A DNA stretch of 64,000 bases from NCBI GenBank assembly GCA_002633005.1, contig NMRA01000287.1, forward strand, positions 329,808 through 393,807. The letters are read 5' to 3'. The position numbers and the translations under genes were made by a program. Shown here piece by piece: positions 12,236 to 25,570 of this stretch (its first letter is position 1; every line of letters starts with the position of its first letter). The notes beneath the pieces are model-generated. The model did no database searches, was not told where the DNA came from, and saw nothing but the letters and a program-made list of their open reading frames with translations. The DNA is from Phoronis australis (lineage: Eukaryota > Animalia > Phoronida).

Positions 12236-14318
12236 CAGGCAAATAAAGTGAAGACGATCACGAATTAGATGGTTGCAGTTACAATAAAACAGAGTGAATT
12301 ACCTTTTGGATTTCGGTTTATTCACATGAACCAATACACTGTATCATGCATCACAATCCCGTGTACTGCCACTAGACGTAATTCAAGTAGCTCAGCTTTA
12401 ATTTGAAGCCAGCTTAGTTAGTGACCCCAGGTGTATGTTAAATTCCGTTTTAGTACATCTTCATTGTATTCGAGAGTAAGTCGTTAATTGGTACTTCATT
12501 AATAAGTTTTGTTATTAATAACTCCCGAATGTTTCATGTCTTAAGTTGTATTTTGTGTGTAGTAGTAATCAAAATTGTATACAATTTCATTTTTGGGTCT
12601 TCTCTTCCTCGGATATGGTGTCCAGAGTTACTAAACTATCTTTTCGAAAGAACATTTATTGCGCTTAAAACGTTTAAATAAATCGTTAATTGGTCATTAA
12701 TTAGTAAGTGTCTTAATTAATACCCCCAAGAATTTTCGCGTCTTAAGTTGCATCATTTTAATTTGGGTGGTGATTAGAATGAAATAAACTTGAAACGGAT
12801 GTTGCACTCAAAATTTTAATTAAATGGATGTTTGGGCCCTCTTTTGGACCCCGCTGGGACCAAAGCCCATGATTGCGAAACTTAAGACGCCCCTTTCCTT
12901 CAATGGTTGGTGATTTACAATAGAATTAGGCAAGTAAACCTTTTGCACTCAAAAGTGTGAATAAAGTCCTGCTGGTTCTCCAACTACTATGAATGATTGC
13001 CGACTTTACAAAAATGGCGGTAACCTTAAAACGCTTGGTTGTTTTAGAGTGAATTAACGAAAGTGTACTTGAATCATTGGGATAAGCTAAATCGTTGACA
13101 GAAATAGGAGAGATGCGTTGGAGGAAAGTGGTTGGTGAAAAACTTCCATTGTGACACATTTTAACCAACAATGAAGATAATTCAGGGTCTTTTAACAAAT
13201 AGCTCATAACTCTGGAATTAGTCTACGGAACGCCACCAAATTTTCGGCGAGCACGGGAATGTAAATTCTATTGTTAGTTTAACAAATGTTATACTTGTTG
13301 AGTTTTGTCTTGTTATTGAAAAATGCGTAATTATGTGAAATTTTAAAATGTTTTTCATGATTAGATTCGAAACAATGATAATTGTAAAGAATCAAATCCT
13401 GAAATTAAAAGCAAATGCTGTTAACACATCAATATGCTGTAAACACATCACCAAAACCAAATGTCATTAATTAGTAATCGTTACTTACATTGGTGTATAT
13501 AGTTTTAAAATCCAGTCTCCGCACCAAATAGAAAAACAAAACCGGAATTCATCTACTGTAGGTTTTAAGTTCTCATAGAAATCTGGATTATCTGTGTCGG
13601 GACCGTAACTGTTAACAATCTGTGAAAGCACGAATATAAATTTGAACAGTTGACTGCCATAACCGAATTGGACATTTGAGACGCGTATAAACTCTTTCAC
13701 TATGGAATCGGAGTCAAAACCTGAGGTGCTGGTGCCAGCTGAAGAATGATCGTATCCGACAGTAGACTTATTTAGCCTTGGTGCAAAGCTGTATACTATA
13801 TAAACTGTCCAAATAAAATTTGACAGAAAATTAGCGTCATTACAATCTACACTTCACCTTGAATAAACTAAATTATTTACGATGTTACAAAAATTGGGAT
13901 TCTACCGATATTCTTTCGCTTAAATTGGGGAGAGATGTGATATCTAAGCTTTTGGCGGCATGAAATATAGCATCACTTATTTTCCAGTCTCTTTTTCGCC
14001 CATTGTCCAATCAACTGTTCTTCCACGAGGTTGTTTACATGCCACGTCAAATTATCTAACATTAACTAAAATTCAGAACAAATTTTGAAAGAGCTAGGCT
14101 GCCATAATCACCCGAGAGAGGTCGCAAAGAATTAAGGAAATGGCGTGTTAATCAATATTTATTCTGACAGTATCAATATTTGAGATTAAACATTTATGTA
14201 ATTTACGCAGGTGTTTTCAAGCGGAGAGGGCTAAGACTAGCTGGACTAGCTGACATTGAAATATCATTTGGAAACCTATTAGTGCCAAAACTTTCTATAA
14301 CTATTGCAACGAGCCAAA

Positions 14319-15044
14319 ATATTTCTAATGGATGAAATCTGTTGTTCTGAACTGTTAATTGGCTGACACTAGCGCCACCCATTGTCAATGTTATCAGTTA
14401 GTGGGTCATTTATCTCCCCTGGACTGTGACCCAATTTCATGAATTATCCATTATTGTGTGTTTCCTTTTCCTGTCTTATAAAAGCGGAAACGCTCTGTCC
14501 CAATAATCGTACCAGGTTCATAATGTTTTTTCAGCTTTACAACCAGTACATCCGTCAGACTTACCAGGTAAGCAAATGTTCGATAGAGCCCCATAGGTCT
14601 CAGCTCCCAAAGTCTTTAGGAAACACGCTTCTTGCCTCTCAGTTGCAACATATTGTTCGTGGTCACAAAATTTTGGAATAGGTCATACCACATAGAAAAC
14701 CTTTCGGTTTTCGAGTCAAAAGTTGCTAATATTACCGATGAGTGACATAGCAAAGAACAGTTGAGACATCAGCAGAAAAATCCAGACACATCCCATCTTC
14801 TAGGCCAGCAATTTTGGTCAGATGTTGTTAGATAAAAGTGAAGTGAATGTGGAAAATGTGAAGCAATGTTTATTCACCATTACATGAGACAGGAAAAGAA
14901 AAAACAGAAGCATGGGTAACTCATGAAATTGGGTCACAGTTCAGAAGAGATAGGTGACCCACTAACTCATAACATTGACAGCAGGTGGCGCTAATGACAG
15001 ACACTTAACAGTTCATAACAACAGATTTCATCCATTAGAAATAT
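14319..15044. mobile_element. MITE with ~160-bp TIRs
   Basis: 14319-14480 is the reverse complement of 14884-15044 (atatttctaatggatgaaatctgttgtt...). It explains the near-identical ORFs 14203..14388(-) and 14975..15181(+). Confidence 0.8.
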
Positions 15045-16099
15045 ATGGAGTTTGCGATCCATGTGCTTTAGTGTATGGTCCATCAGAGCTCAACATAGGG
15101 TTGTATCCTAGCTGTATTTGGACGATAGTCCTCATACAGCGGACTGCCCAGCTAGACAGTAGTGAGCAAAACTATTGTTAACGTTTCAGGAGAAAACCTA
15201 GGACTTGTTTCCTACCCGACAGCGTATGGCTGGAAGTTTAAAGCCATATCATCACAAACAGTCAAAAAACGTTCTTAAATACCTGTCATAAATACCCTAA
15301 AAACTCACACAGTTTCGCAGTTCAACCGAAAAACAAGAACACGAAAGAAGCTCCAGGGTGGGACGTTGAATCCCACGATTACGTGATGACTGTTTCCCAA
15401 ACACATGAAGCAGATTTCTAGTCGCTAAATCAGCTCTTAATAAGGTTAAGATGAATGTTGGTAACATGTAGCTGATTTATACTTAACGCACCATCGACCG
15501 CTGAGAAAACTAAAATGCTGACTTCTGCCAGAGGCGAATCTAGGATATCATAAGTAGGTGGGAGCAGCATTTTACCTTGTAGCGGCTCGTAGCGACAAAT
15601 GGCCGGNGGGGAGTTCTCATCTTCCGTCTAGGGAATTTTTTTGCATCTGGAAACAAGCATTTTACTTGATTTCAACCGTTTCCTTGGCCAGGTCGATATT
15701 TGCGACTAGCACTGCTAAATCTCACCACCCAGATCGCCTCCTGGAACCCGACGTCGCAGCACGGCAAATTTCCAACTCGACAAGTTGACCCGGATGGATT
15801 AATTCTCAGTTTCCGAAAAATGTTTAGATATTATTTAATGGTTGAGGGCTTTAACTTTTATGTCAAAAAACTGAACATTCTGATAAATTTATTATGAAAC
15901 AAAAACTTTACTGTTATTCAACACTTTCACAGATGCTCTTGTCGCTTAACCGTGGTGGGTACAGTACTTGGCACACATTTGACGTCATTTAACAACTGGG
16001 TGAAGCACACTAACACGGAAAACAAGAGAAATATATAACAAGAGAATTATATTTGGTATTTTCTCTGCAAGTATAAACCAAAATAATGTGCTAATGTTC

Positions 16100-17260
16100 A
16101 AAAAACTACGTAGCTGAGTGTGTGCTCATCTACTCTTGCATGAATACATTTGTACTGTTTTGTATTGTCTCCGTGATTCATTTTCGCAATGTTTATATGT
16201 TGCCCAGCTACAATGTTAATTATACGTCTTAACAATAGTGTTCTCTATACATGTGGTATTTACCTATATTCGAGTAATGAAATCTACAATGAAATAATTA
16301 TCTTGTAATAGAATCCGATCCAATACTGTGTGCGATAACACTTGCCATTGGGCTACTGTCGCAGGGACCACCGGTCGATTAAAAACTAAACAGTGGTTCC
16401 GACAGCTTAGTGGACTAAAGCGTCTGTACGGTTAGAACAAAGCCCCGGGTTTGAAGGTCGTTTGTAGCATAGACCTTTTAAGACTTAACCACAGGTTACA
16501 TGATGTGATTAAAATAGCCACGACTACATGTACGATATGAACGCGATGACTTAAAACAATGGAATTAATTAATTCCCTGTTTAATAGTAACTCACATAAC
16601 GTCTTTCTCTCTGGTTCATTTTCCTTCATGTTACTAATACACCATTAATTAATTTACATTACACGTTGATTGGTTGGAAAGTTCGTTAATCAACCACTTA
16701 GTACATAAACAAGTTTCAATTTCACAATATTTGCTATTTTCGCATTTTTTGTGGTTACCGGTATTTTAAGAAATGGGAGTGACTACGTATTGACGGACAG
16801 GCACTGAGCAAAGCTACGTGATGCACATCTATTAGTGCTTACCACACTTGGCACTACACCACAACTTGTAATCAAACCACAAAAACAATACAGCGAGGTA
16901 ATGAAGGGGAGCAACCCAAACTAATCGTAGTTTAAAGCTTACCAAAAACCGCAAGCTGCAACTGGCTAAAATAAAAGTTTACAAAAAGACCAAGCAATAT
17001 TTAAATTATAGGTATTATTCGCTTCAAAATTTTTCTTTAAGGAGAACTCAGTCAAAATATGTGGAAAAGACAGACAATGCATGCCTGATCTCTACTGTCG
17101 CGCGGAATGTCTGGAAAAGGAACCGTCCATCTGTCACCAGTAAGGTATTGTGTCGAATTCCATCTTTGCTTTCGGAGGTTCACTTCCCTGAATCACTTTG
17201 CAGCAGCTAAGTTAGCAGAATTGAGTTTTATCTTCTATTGGCCAGTAAGATCTTAGGACA
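16100..17260 (+). repeat. Tandem-duplication copy A (paralogous to parts of 31840-38280)
   Basis: 16100-16520 matches 31840-32250; 16596-16735 matches 34207-34345; 17040-17260 matches 38054-38280. Confidence 0.85.
17042..17144 (+). pseudogene. Paralogous copy of the Cys-rich exon 2, ending in an in-frame TAA (truncated or pseudogenised paralog)
   Basis: ttttctttaag|GAG acceptor and G|gtattg donor. Encodes ENSVKICGKDRQCMPDLYCRAECLEKEPSICHQ*. Differs from 38056-38158 at 9 of 103 nt. Confidence 0.75.
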
Positions 17261-20200
17261 ACAACCATTTTTACGGACGTACCTCAGTGTTCCATTCTGG
17301 GTCCTCTATCATTCACTATTTTTGTTGATAATCTCCCTACTTCTCTCCACAATAATGTCCCAGTTTTATCTGTTGATGAAACTGCAATTATATACACAGC
17401 TGGACTAGTAAAGGAACTGAAGACTCATCCTAACGATGAGCAAGTTCTTATACATGACTGATTGGTTGAAATAAACTCATTCTTAACTTTACATAACGCT
17501 AAACCCTCGTGAGAGACCGCCCCGAGATGGATGCTGGAGCAACTCGGGGCGGTCTGGGATCAAGCGGAAAAACCACAGGGTAAATCTGTGGTCGACGAAT
17601 CTATTCGGTCGATTACATTTTATTGCCCGTGAAGCCGCTAAGGGCTGCCTGAAGAAATATGACTCGCGCGTTTGTATTTTCGCCTTTTTCAATAACATGT
17701 AAAGTATTCATCAACAAATTCCTCGTAAAATTCTGAAAACAAGCGTTTTTCTCCGAGATATTTCACTTTCAGTCCAGGCTAGCCCTGCACACTCAGAGAA
17801 TCGTCACACAAGATTACTACGCGGTAATGCGGTTTCACTGTCAACAAAGGAAGACGTCAAAATCGACTTATAATTGTCATTTTTAAACTATTTGCATGGT
17901 AAATTATCAAAATGTAAGTAAAATCGTACTCTATATTTTAACAAGAAAACAGCAGTTTCATTTTGGTGAACATGTCTATAAGGACCTAACTCGCGCATGG
18001 TGGTGAGTAGTGAGTCCGGCCAACACGTGAGGATGGCTGTGTTGTTGTTTTTGCTCTCAATTCAAAAGTAGCCGTTTCAAAATGGAAGATGGACAGAAAA
18101 TGCAGGCAGTTGACGAAAACGGCCATTGGAAGGAAGCAATTGAGCGGGGAGTAAATGACAGCGCTGGGAATTCACGTCGGTTTTCCTGGATGGCCGTCTG
18201 AGTTTGACCAGCTCGTCGAGCCGTGATTCGTGAGAGGCTGAGCCGATCGACTACGTCGGGCTCGGTACCTGGACCTGGTGAAGAAAAACGTAAGTATTTT
18301 TTTGTCATCCCTTATGCTCGCATGATGCTGTTGGCTGTATAGATAAAGTATACCGTGTTTGCGTGGGATTTTGTGTTCATGAAATTACAGACTATGTACA
18401 TCTACCACATTTAAAGTCAGAGAAACATTGTTACTTAGTGAAAGATAAACGTCTGAGCGAATATACCATGGTGCCTTCAATGTTGTGTTTGTTCTTTGTG
18501 AAGTAGATTTACTGTAACAAGTCCGATGTTGTCGGATTGAATTGGTATTCCGGGATTTTCAATGCCAGTGGCAGATCCAGAATTTTTGGAATGGTGTTCG
18601 CAAATGAAATAATGTCAAGCCATTGTTTTAAATTACCATTTAAGTTTTATTAATAAGAGGTGGAGACAGCAATCTTCAGCCGTGTCTTTGTTACCTTGTT
18701 CTCATTTCTTTACATTTGTTTATGTTTCATTTCATTGTTTTCTGTAGATCCCCCCAACCCCCTTGCCATAGTGCACTCTCTGTTGACTGAATTTGATGAC
18801 ATAATATATTGATAAGCCATTGTATTCTGCATACCAGTACTAGCTTAACCCTTAGTCCTGCACACCTGGCCCTATTGTTCACTCTTGACTTTTGTTTACA
18901 AAATAATCCAGTCCAGTCTACACCCTGATTGCTTAGTTTAATATTTACCAGTGAGTAAACTGTATTTCACTTGTTGAACCTTTTCTTACTATCATGCAGC
19001 TCTTGCTTGACAGTGCACATGTACTTTTATCTCCTCTTTTTCGAACCACTCATTAAAGCGTTTTATGGGGTTTGGTTTCTTTTCATGAATGTTTTCATCG
19101 TTGGTTTCTAATTCGTTCAACTGCTTCCCAAAACTCCTGAGTCCTGAGCATTGAGCAACACTCAACAATCCCTCTAAAAAATGATGCCCTTCCAAACAGT
19201 GATGTGACCTTCTGACTACATGAGTGTAAGCTGTGGTACACTACTGCACGTGCACAAGGTCATCAGCACCAGAAGTTTTAAAATCACACCACCAAAACTG
19301 TGACTGTTTACATTTCAGAGAGCTTGCCGTGACAATTTCAAGAAGGTATACCGCTTGACAGTTGCATTTATGTACACGTTGAAGCCTGGAGAATACAGAC
19401 TTGATCAGGGCTTGGGATTTCCGTCTTTTAAGAGGAATTCCTTTTTTGGTGTCGATTTTCTCTGATTGGATTTCCAGTTTCCTCTTTTTATGATTTTTTC
19501 GACTTCATTAAATGTTTAGTTCAGGTAAATTTTACATCCAAAAATGTCTATCACCCAAACCTATTTTTTGTGTATCATACATCAGCTGGAAATTTCTCCG
19601 CTGTTTTTGTTATTGCTCATTCCAAGCTCTGCTTATTTTTCGTGAAGTAACTAGAATGGATTTCATAACATACCAGTTTATTGTACTGGATTCTTCTTGG
19701 GTTTATCAACTGTAAACTAACACTAATAGGAGCATAGGATAATAGCCACCTGTCTTAAGTTCGCACAAAAGTAGAGTACAAAATTCCAAACGTAATTTCG
19801 AGTTCCAATTCCTGTAAAAAGATCAATGACAGGGCCCAGGTATCAATTCCGGTATTTTTGGCACTTAATCGTGTTTGAAAGTGTTGTACTGTGTTTGGAA
19901 ATTTGTTTGAAAAGCTGTTTTTTTTTTGCTGAACAGCGTATGACCTTACTGGATTTAAGGGCCCCACCAGAGCATTTATTAGTGTGCCCTCCACTCATTT
20001 CCAATGTTCTATGTATATCAAATGCTTTGAGATGCCAGCAGGGTAGTATTCTGCATGCAGCTTTGTTGACCATTGTGGTCAGTGAGAATGTCCTACTCAC
20101 ATGTGTATGAATGCATAGTGTGTGCACCTCATTCATGTACCACACCAGTATTGCCTGTGTGGTTATGGAAATGTGTAAGCTGCTTGTGTTGTATGGGCAT

Positions 20201-23200
20201 TGTTGAGCTTGAAATGCTAGTTTTACTCCTATAAAACTAGGGATGTATTTATTGCGACATGTCTCCGTTATTGTTGTTACTAGTTTATTGCTTAACCAGT
20301 GTATCTATTTTGAATATTCTTCAAGCCTTGGATGACTGATCTTTTCAGTTTAGGATAGTTATTGTTTGCATCCCAAGAAATGAATTACATACTGTCTTTT
20401 TTAGTATTTTTATTCAGTGACTCCTGGTGTGGTTTTGAAAATGGTTGTTTTTTAGGCTGAAATGCAGATTTTTTACCAAGTTCTGCAATGACCCTGTCAT
20501 TTCCACATGGTTATCTTGAAAAGCAAATTCTTGTATACATATTATTGTCATCTTGTGAGGTGTGCAATTTATTGCGGTTTTCAGTGACTGGTTCCACCAG
20601 GGATAGCAGTATTGTGCACCTACCGGTACTTTGCTCAAACCCATGTTTCATATTATTATATTGATAACTTTTCCTCGTGAAGGTAGTGATCTCAGCAGTT
20701 ATATCACTTATGGTGTTTTGTCAAGTAGTAGAACCTTGTACTGCTATGACACAAATTTTGAAGGTTTCTATGTTGTAGTTAAGTCCCACTTTAAATATTT
20801 TGCTCACCATGTGAGTTATTGTTTACATGGAGGGATTCATACTTATGGATGATCTCATCAGGGATTGCATGTAACACTATTTGGGTGTGTATATTTGTTA
20901 CATGTTCATTGTATAAAGTGTATTGTTTATATTGCAGAGTTTATAATTGTTAGTTAAAAAGATTTCGGTAGGTTATCTCAACAGTGCTTAGTGCATGTTT
21001 TGCTCATCCTGTGAAATGTAATATTTATACTGAAGAGTTTATCATCGCTAGTGCCTGTGTCCCTTATTGCTTTTCCCATAGTATGAACAACTAGTCATGT
21101 TAACGTTTGAAATTCTCATGTACAATATATATTACACTCTTCCGAAATCTTACACTTATTTTCATTGCCCAAGCACTAATCTGAAGAGTGGCCTACTAGT
21201 TATGTGGAATGCGCACAATGCATTGTTAAAGCGAGGTGATCGTATGCCGCTGGGTTTTTGTTTTCTTACTCTTTGTGAACGCAGTGCCTGTAATTCGCAT
21301 TTATTCCTAAGTTTATGCAATCATTTTAAATTACAAAACATGAAACCCTGGGAACCGGTGGGGCAGTTAAATTTTGACATCGACAATATATACGTGTCAT
21401 TTGAAGTAGTAGCCCGTTGTAGGGTGCCACGACCAAAAATATGGGTACACATCACATGTTTAACCACAAACAACAAGTGAAAGAGTTACTTTTTCAGGTA
21501 AGCGACGCGTTGCGCGCTTTGGTTGTTTTTGTCCGTTTTAGGTGGCAAGTGGCGCTTTTTTCTTTGACGATTTCGCTGAGGTACGTTTCAGAAAATCGTA
21601 CTGTAGGCCTAAGTCATTTTTTCTGTGCCAGTTCATTTAGGTACACAGCAACTGAAAAAATGGATAAATCACGTCATTTTAAATCTCCATATCGCTCCGT
21701 TATGGCCACTTCGACTTGGATGGATTTTGGCTCTTTCAAACACTCCTCCATGCTCTATTTTTTGAAGTTCGTTAACGAAAACGCGTACCAGGATGTAAGG
21801 TTCGTGCCCTCCCCCTCGAGTTTTAGTTGGTAATTTTGACATGAAGATGATGGTGATATTTATGCGTTCCTTGACGAGAATTCCAGCAAGTCAAGTTTTG
21901 CCTAATTCAGCTTTTCATTCATTTTTATACCGTGTATGGTCGCTGGCAAAATAAGATACCATCAAGATTTTAGTCTAGATGTTTCCTAACTCGATTTTTA
22001 GCCATAACACTGAGCGCGCAAGAGAAGACGGAACATATTTGCGACGTTTCGTTTACTCAAAGTTAATGAGCCTAAACGTCAGAAAATATTTGTTTTCTCT
22101 TTCTCGCTTATAATGATTTTCAAGGGTTTCCGTTATTCAATTTCGGCAAGGTCGTCGCTTTCTCGCAAAACTACCGATTGGATGATCAATTACGCACTTA
22201 TTTACTCTCCGTTTTAACGTTGATCATCGTCAATACACCTCCAAAAATTGCACATCGTCTTTGCGCAAACTACATTGAGATTTAAGTCTCCCGAAAATAG
22301 TTGACGATCGGATAGTGTTTAAAAGTCTAATTCTAAATTTCTCCAGTTAGTGCACAAATGAAGTAAAAGAAAGTAGTTCTGCTTGTCGCGTCAGCTGTTG
22401 GTATCATTATCTCGATTTATGACCCACAACGCGTGACTGGACAAAGCCTTTTCAATTTAGCCGGTGGAGCGTGAGACCCCTGAGGTCCCAATCGAGTCCT
22501 CACGACAACTTCGCGTTATGGTGAAACCCAGTATATGTTGCTGGGAACCCAACCTTCCCCCTATCGAGATTTTCGAGAGATTTGTGTATTTGGGCCTTAT
22601 TTTAGATCTCAACTTTAAAATTAACATGCACATAGGTCACAGTTTAATAAATAAATTATCAAAGAAAATAGGCGTACATTAACATCCAAGAAAAATTCTT
22701 AATGTCAGCAGTCTTAAGACACTTTACAAGTTTATTGTTCAGATTCATATTGATTTATAAATACATGTACCAGCAACACACTTTTTAGCAAATTCCGAGA
22801 ATAGATTCGCCATGGCTTTCCTGGGTACTAAAACATGGGACACCCGGGTCGAAGGCTTGTACTCCAGCCTTAGATATATAAAAGTAAAACAAAGACATAC
22901 ATATCTCTCATATTATTGCATGTGCAGCTTTGTCATTGACTTGGCTCCAATATACACGTATCACAGTTGCAAATTCAGTAGCAGTCAAGATATATACCCT
23001 AAACTTTCTCCGTTGCTGGTAATGTGGATTAAAAAAAAAATTGAACCGAGATCGGCCAGAGATGTTTCATTTATGCTGTTAACAAATCCCAGAAATTAAA
23101 CGGTCCGATTCAATTAATACTTTCAAGCTTAATATGCTAACCTGTAAGGAAGGGTAAGTAAAGCACAGCCACCTTTTAAAAAGGTGCCTGAAATTAACTT

Positions 23201-24096
23201 ACCCATTCTTTCACGTTACCAGTCTTAATTATGGCATTTTTTATTACTGTAAATACCCTCACTAAATTTAATGTCATCTCTTTTATACCAATTTTCAACA
23301 TTCTTCTTCACTTATTTATTATCTAAATTCCGACACTCTTTGAATTGTTTCTTTGTTACATGTAATTAAGTATTGTTATACTACGTACACTGTAATTGTA
23401 TTTTCTCACATGACCTGGAAGTTGTTACGAAACGACTAGTTAAAAACACCGAGTAGGTAATTTTTTGATATTAGAAGGGTGAATCAAAAAGTAGTAGTGC
23501 AAAGTAGACATCCATGGGCCTTACATTTTATCGTTACAAAAGGCTAAGACAACCAAACGCGCGTTCAATGGTTATAGTTCATTGCGTGCGCCAACCAAAC
23601 AATGCCGGAATTCCGAGAAGGTGACATGGTTGTGATTGACAAATCGGGTATCGTAACTGTACCTACTCCCAGTCGGAAGGACAAGCAAACAACTTAATTC
23701 TTAAACGGACCCATCTTCGGCGGCCGATTCCATATCCACGTTCATTCAAACGGATACGAGCCCCAACTCGAGAAACGCGGCGAGACTGTTCCAGCTGTGC
23801 TTTCTCAAAGTCAATTCAGGGCCCACACGCGGAGAAGCCTTGCTGACTGTTATTTATGAACATTTTTAAGTCTTAACATTGCAAATTCAAAGACAAATTA
23901 TTAGATTCTAACTTGTTAATTTGCTACGAAAGCTGAATGCAATTTACAATTGTTAAGCTTACAACAAAACTATTTACAAAAAGTAACTAAATTACTTTAT
24001 ATTACGCAAGCGTGTTTTTCCAAATGTTACGTCATGTGGTTGAAAGTTTTAAACACGTCGATTTTTTTAAGGATCATGTGAGAAAACGAACCCTCC

Positions 24097-24218
24097 TACA
24101 CCCGTCTCAGATTAATGACATGGGCAAAACCGCTTGGAAATTTCTTCAAAAAGCCTCGGGATTTTGACGAAATTTCCAAGAGGTTTTGCCCATGTCCTAA
24201 ACCTGAGACTCGTGTGGG
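24097..24218. repeat. ~120-bp imperfect palindrome
   Basis: gtctcagatta-atgacatgggcaaaaccgcttggaaatttc...gaaatttccaagaggttttgcccatgtc-ctaaacctgagac. Confidence 0.8.
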
Positions 24219-24339
24219 ATTCTGTATATGTTGTACTGAATTACATCCTACTGTTGAGGTCCCTCTTGGAAAGCAGTGCTGTGACTGACGAGGCTTCCCT
24301 CATTTTAAATTACAATAAATAAATGGAATAAATAGCAAT

Positions 24340-24746
24340 AGCCAATCACCGATAGACAGAGAAACCACTTTCTGGTAGCCGAATAAATCACATAATGAGT
24401 CACAAAGTGAATGACGCTCCAGTTTGAATGAGCAGGCATTACCAAGGGGGTCATGAATATTTCTAAAACTTATTTTCAACGGTGTAACAAATGATCAATG
24501 TAAAAATCCTGAAATACATGTTTTAACTATGAGGTCGCCCCTTTCACCTCACTGGAAACGTGTCTCCAGAGAAAGCTGACAATATTTCGGCTTTACAGGT
24601 TATAGTTTACCGTTACATTAGTTTACTCCCGATGGCGCTTTACCGACGTGCCCCATTCACCAGCCTAGTGAAGATGCAATGTGTTTACAGCAGAATGCAA
24701 AAGAACATTCTAGGAGAATCGTCGACTACGAAATTTGGAATAAAAA
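24340..24746 (+). repeat. Continuation of duplication copy A (paralogous to 38285-38675)
   Basis: Shared ttttctggtagccga, aaagtgaatgac, tcatgaatatttctaaaa, cagcctagtga, cagaatgcaa and atttggaataaaaa in the same order. Confidence 0.8.
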
Positions 24747-24749
24747 CTT

Positions 24750-25210
24750 TAGGAATTTCTGGAAGAAATTTCCGTAATATAAGTGGTTAGAAAATAGAAC
24801 CCAGTTCTGGAGTATTCTAGACCGGTGTTTATGCGTGTAGAAATACGGGAATTTTAAAAAGTGTTTGGTCACCGGTAAAAAGTTCCAGAATATTGCAAGG
24901 GACTATAAGTACAAAGACATGAGTTGAAGTGAGCCAGTTGAAGTTGTTGTCAAGTTGAAATTAGAGTTTTGGGGTTATAGGCTTTATTAAACTAATCGTT
25001 TTAACAATTGACGGAAGTGATTCACACGTCAAGGCTTAGCAGTACCGGCTGGAGCAAAACACAATGTTAGGGTCGACGTTTTGTTTAAGTTTTATTAATT
25101 ATCAATTCCTTTTCGTGTCATGGATCATTTGAGTTTTCATAAAAGTCATGCAAATCTTATATATGATATCCCTTAATGCAATAGAGGGGGTATTTTAGTT
25201 TTTGGTAACA
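24750..25210 (+). mobile_element. Gypsy-like LTR fragment
   Basis: gtcaaggcttagcagtaccggctggagca...gacgttttgttt (25028-25087) matches the reverse complement of 32633-32692. It has ttctaga/ttccaga repeats and a tataag TATA-like site, and ends in gtaaca. Confidence 0.55.
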
Positions 25211-25425
25211 GTATATTTCAGTCTCGCCGTACAGTGCATTTCAGTCTTATCTGAAAGTACATGTACATCACCATTTGAATCCGATCCGCCATATCTGAGA
25301 TATGATATTCCGTAATTTGACAAATTTGCCAATTTTCCTTGGTCATATGTAACCCTAGCACCAAACACCGTGAACAAGAAGTAATTGAGGAACGGTTAAC
25401 ATACATGTGTGTTTGGGAAGTGAGG

Positions 25426-25495
25426 CCAATCATGAGCAAGCACAGTAAACACCACGTGGTTCCAAAACACACCCACAAGGCCGTCATAATATAAA
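25426..25495 (+). promoter_or_regulatory. Putative core promoter of the PAN-domain gene
   Basis: CCAAT at 25426-25430, palindromic E-box accacgtggt at 25451-25460, and TATAAA at 25490-25495, ~80 bp upstream of an ATG in good context (actATGG). Confidence 0.4.
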
Positions 25496-25570
25496 CTGCT
25501 AATTTTTAATGCATAATGATAACACGTAGCATGATAAATAGGAACGTAATGTGTTTGGGTGAGCACAACT

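Larger units (their letters stand above)
7889..12986 (+). mobile_element. Academ (AcademX-type) DNA transposon, decayed
   Basis: 5'-TAG...CTA-3' termini (tagttggagaaccagcagg / cctgctggttctccaacta). ~370-bp imperfect TIRs (7889-8257 vs 12612-12986) and subterminal repeats. Imperfect 3-bp TSD tta/cta. Internal transposase plus XPG-like remnants. Confidence 0.85.

Noticed and set aside
18082-18290. Possible first coding exon (MEDGQKMQAV...) ending at a gtaagt donor
   Set aside because: There are in-frame stops before the donor and no recognisable domain or partner exon.
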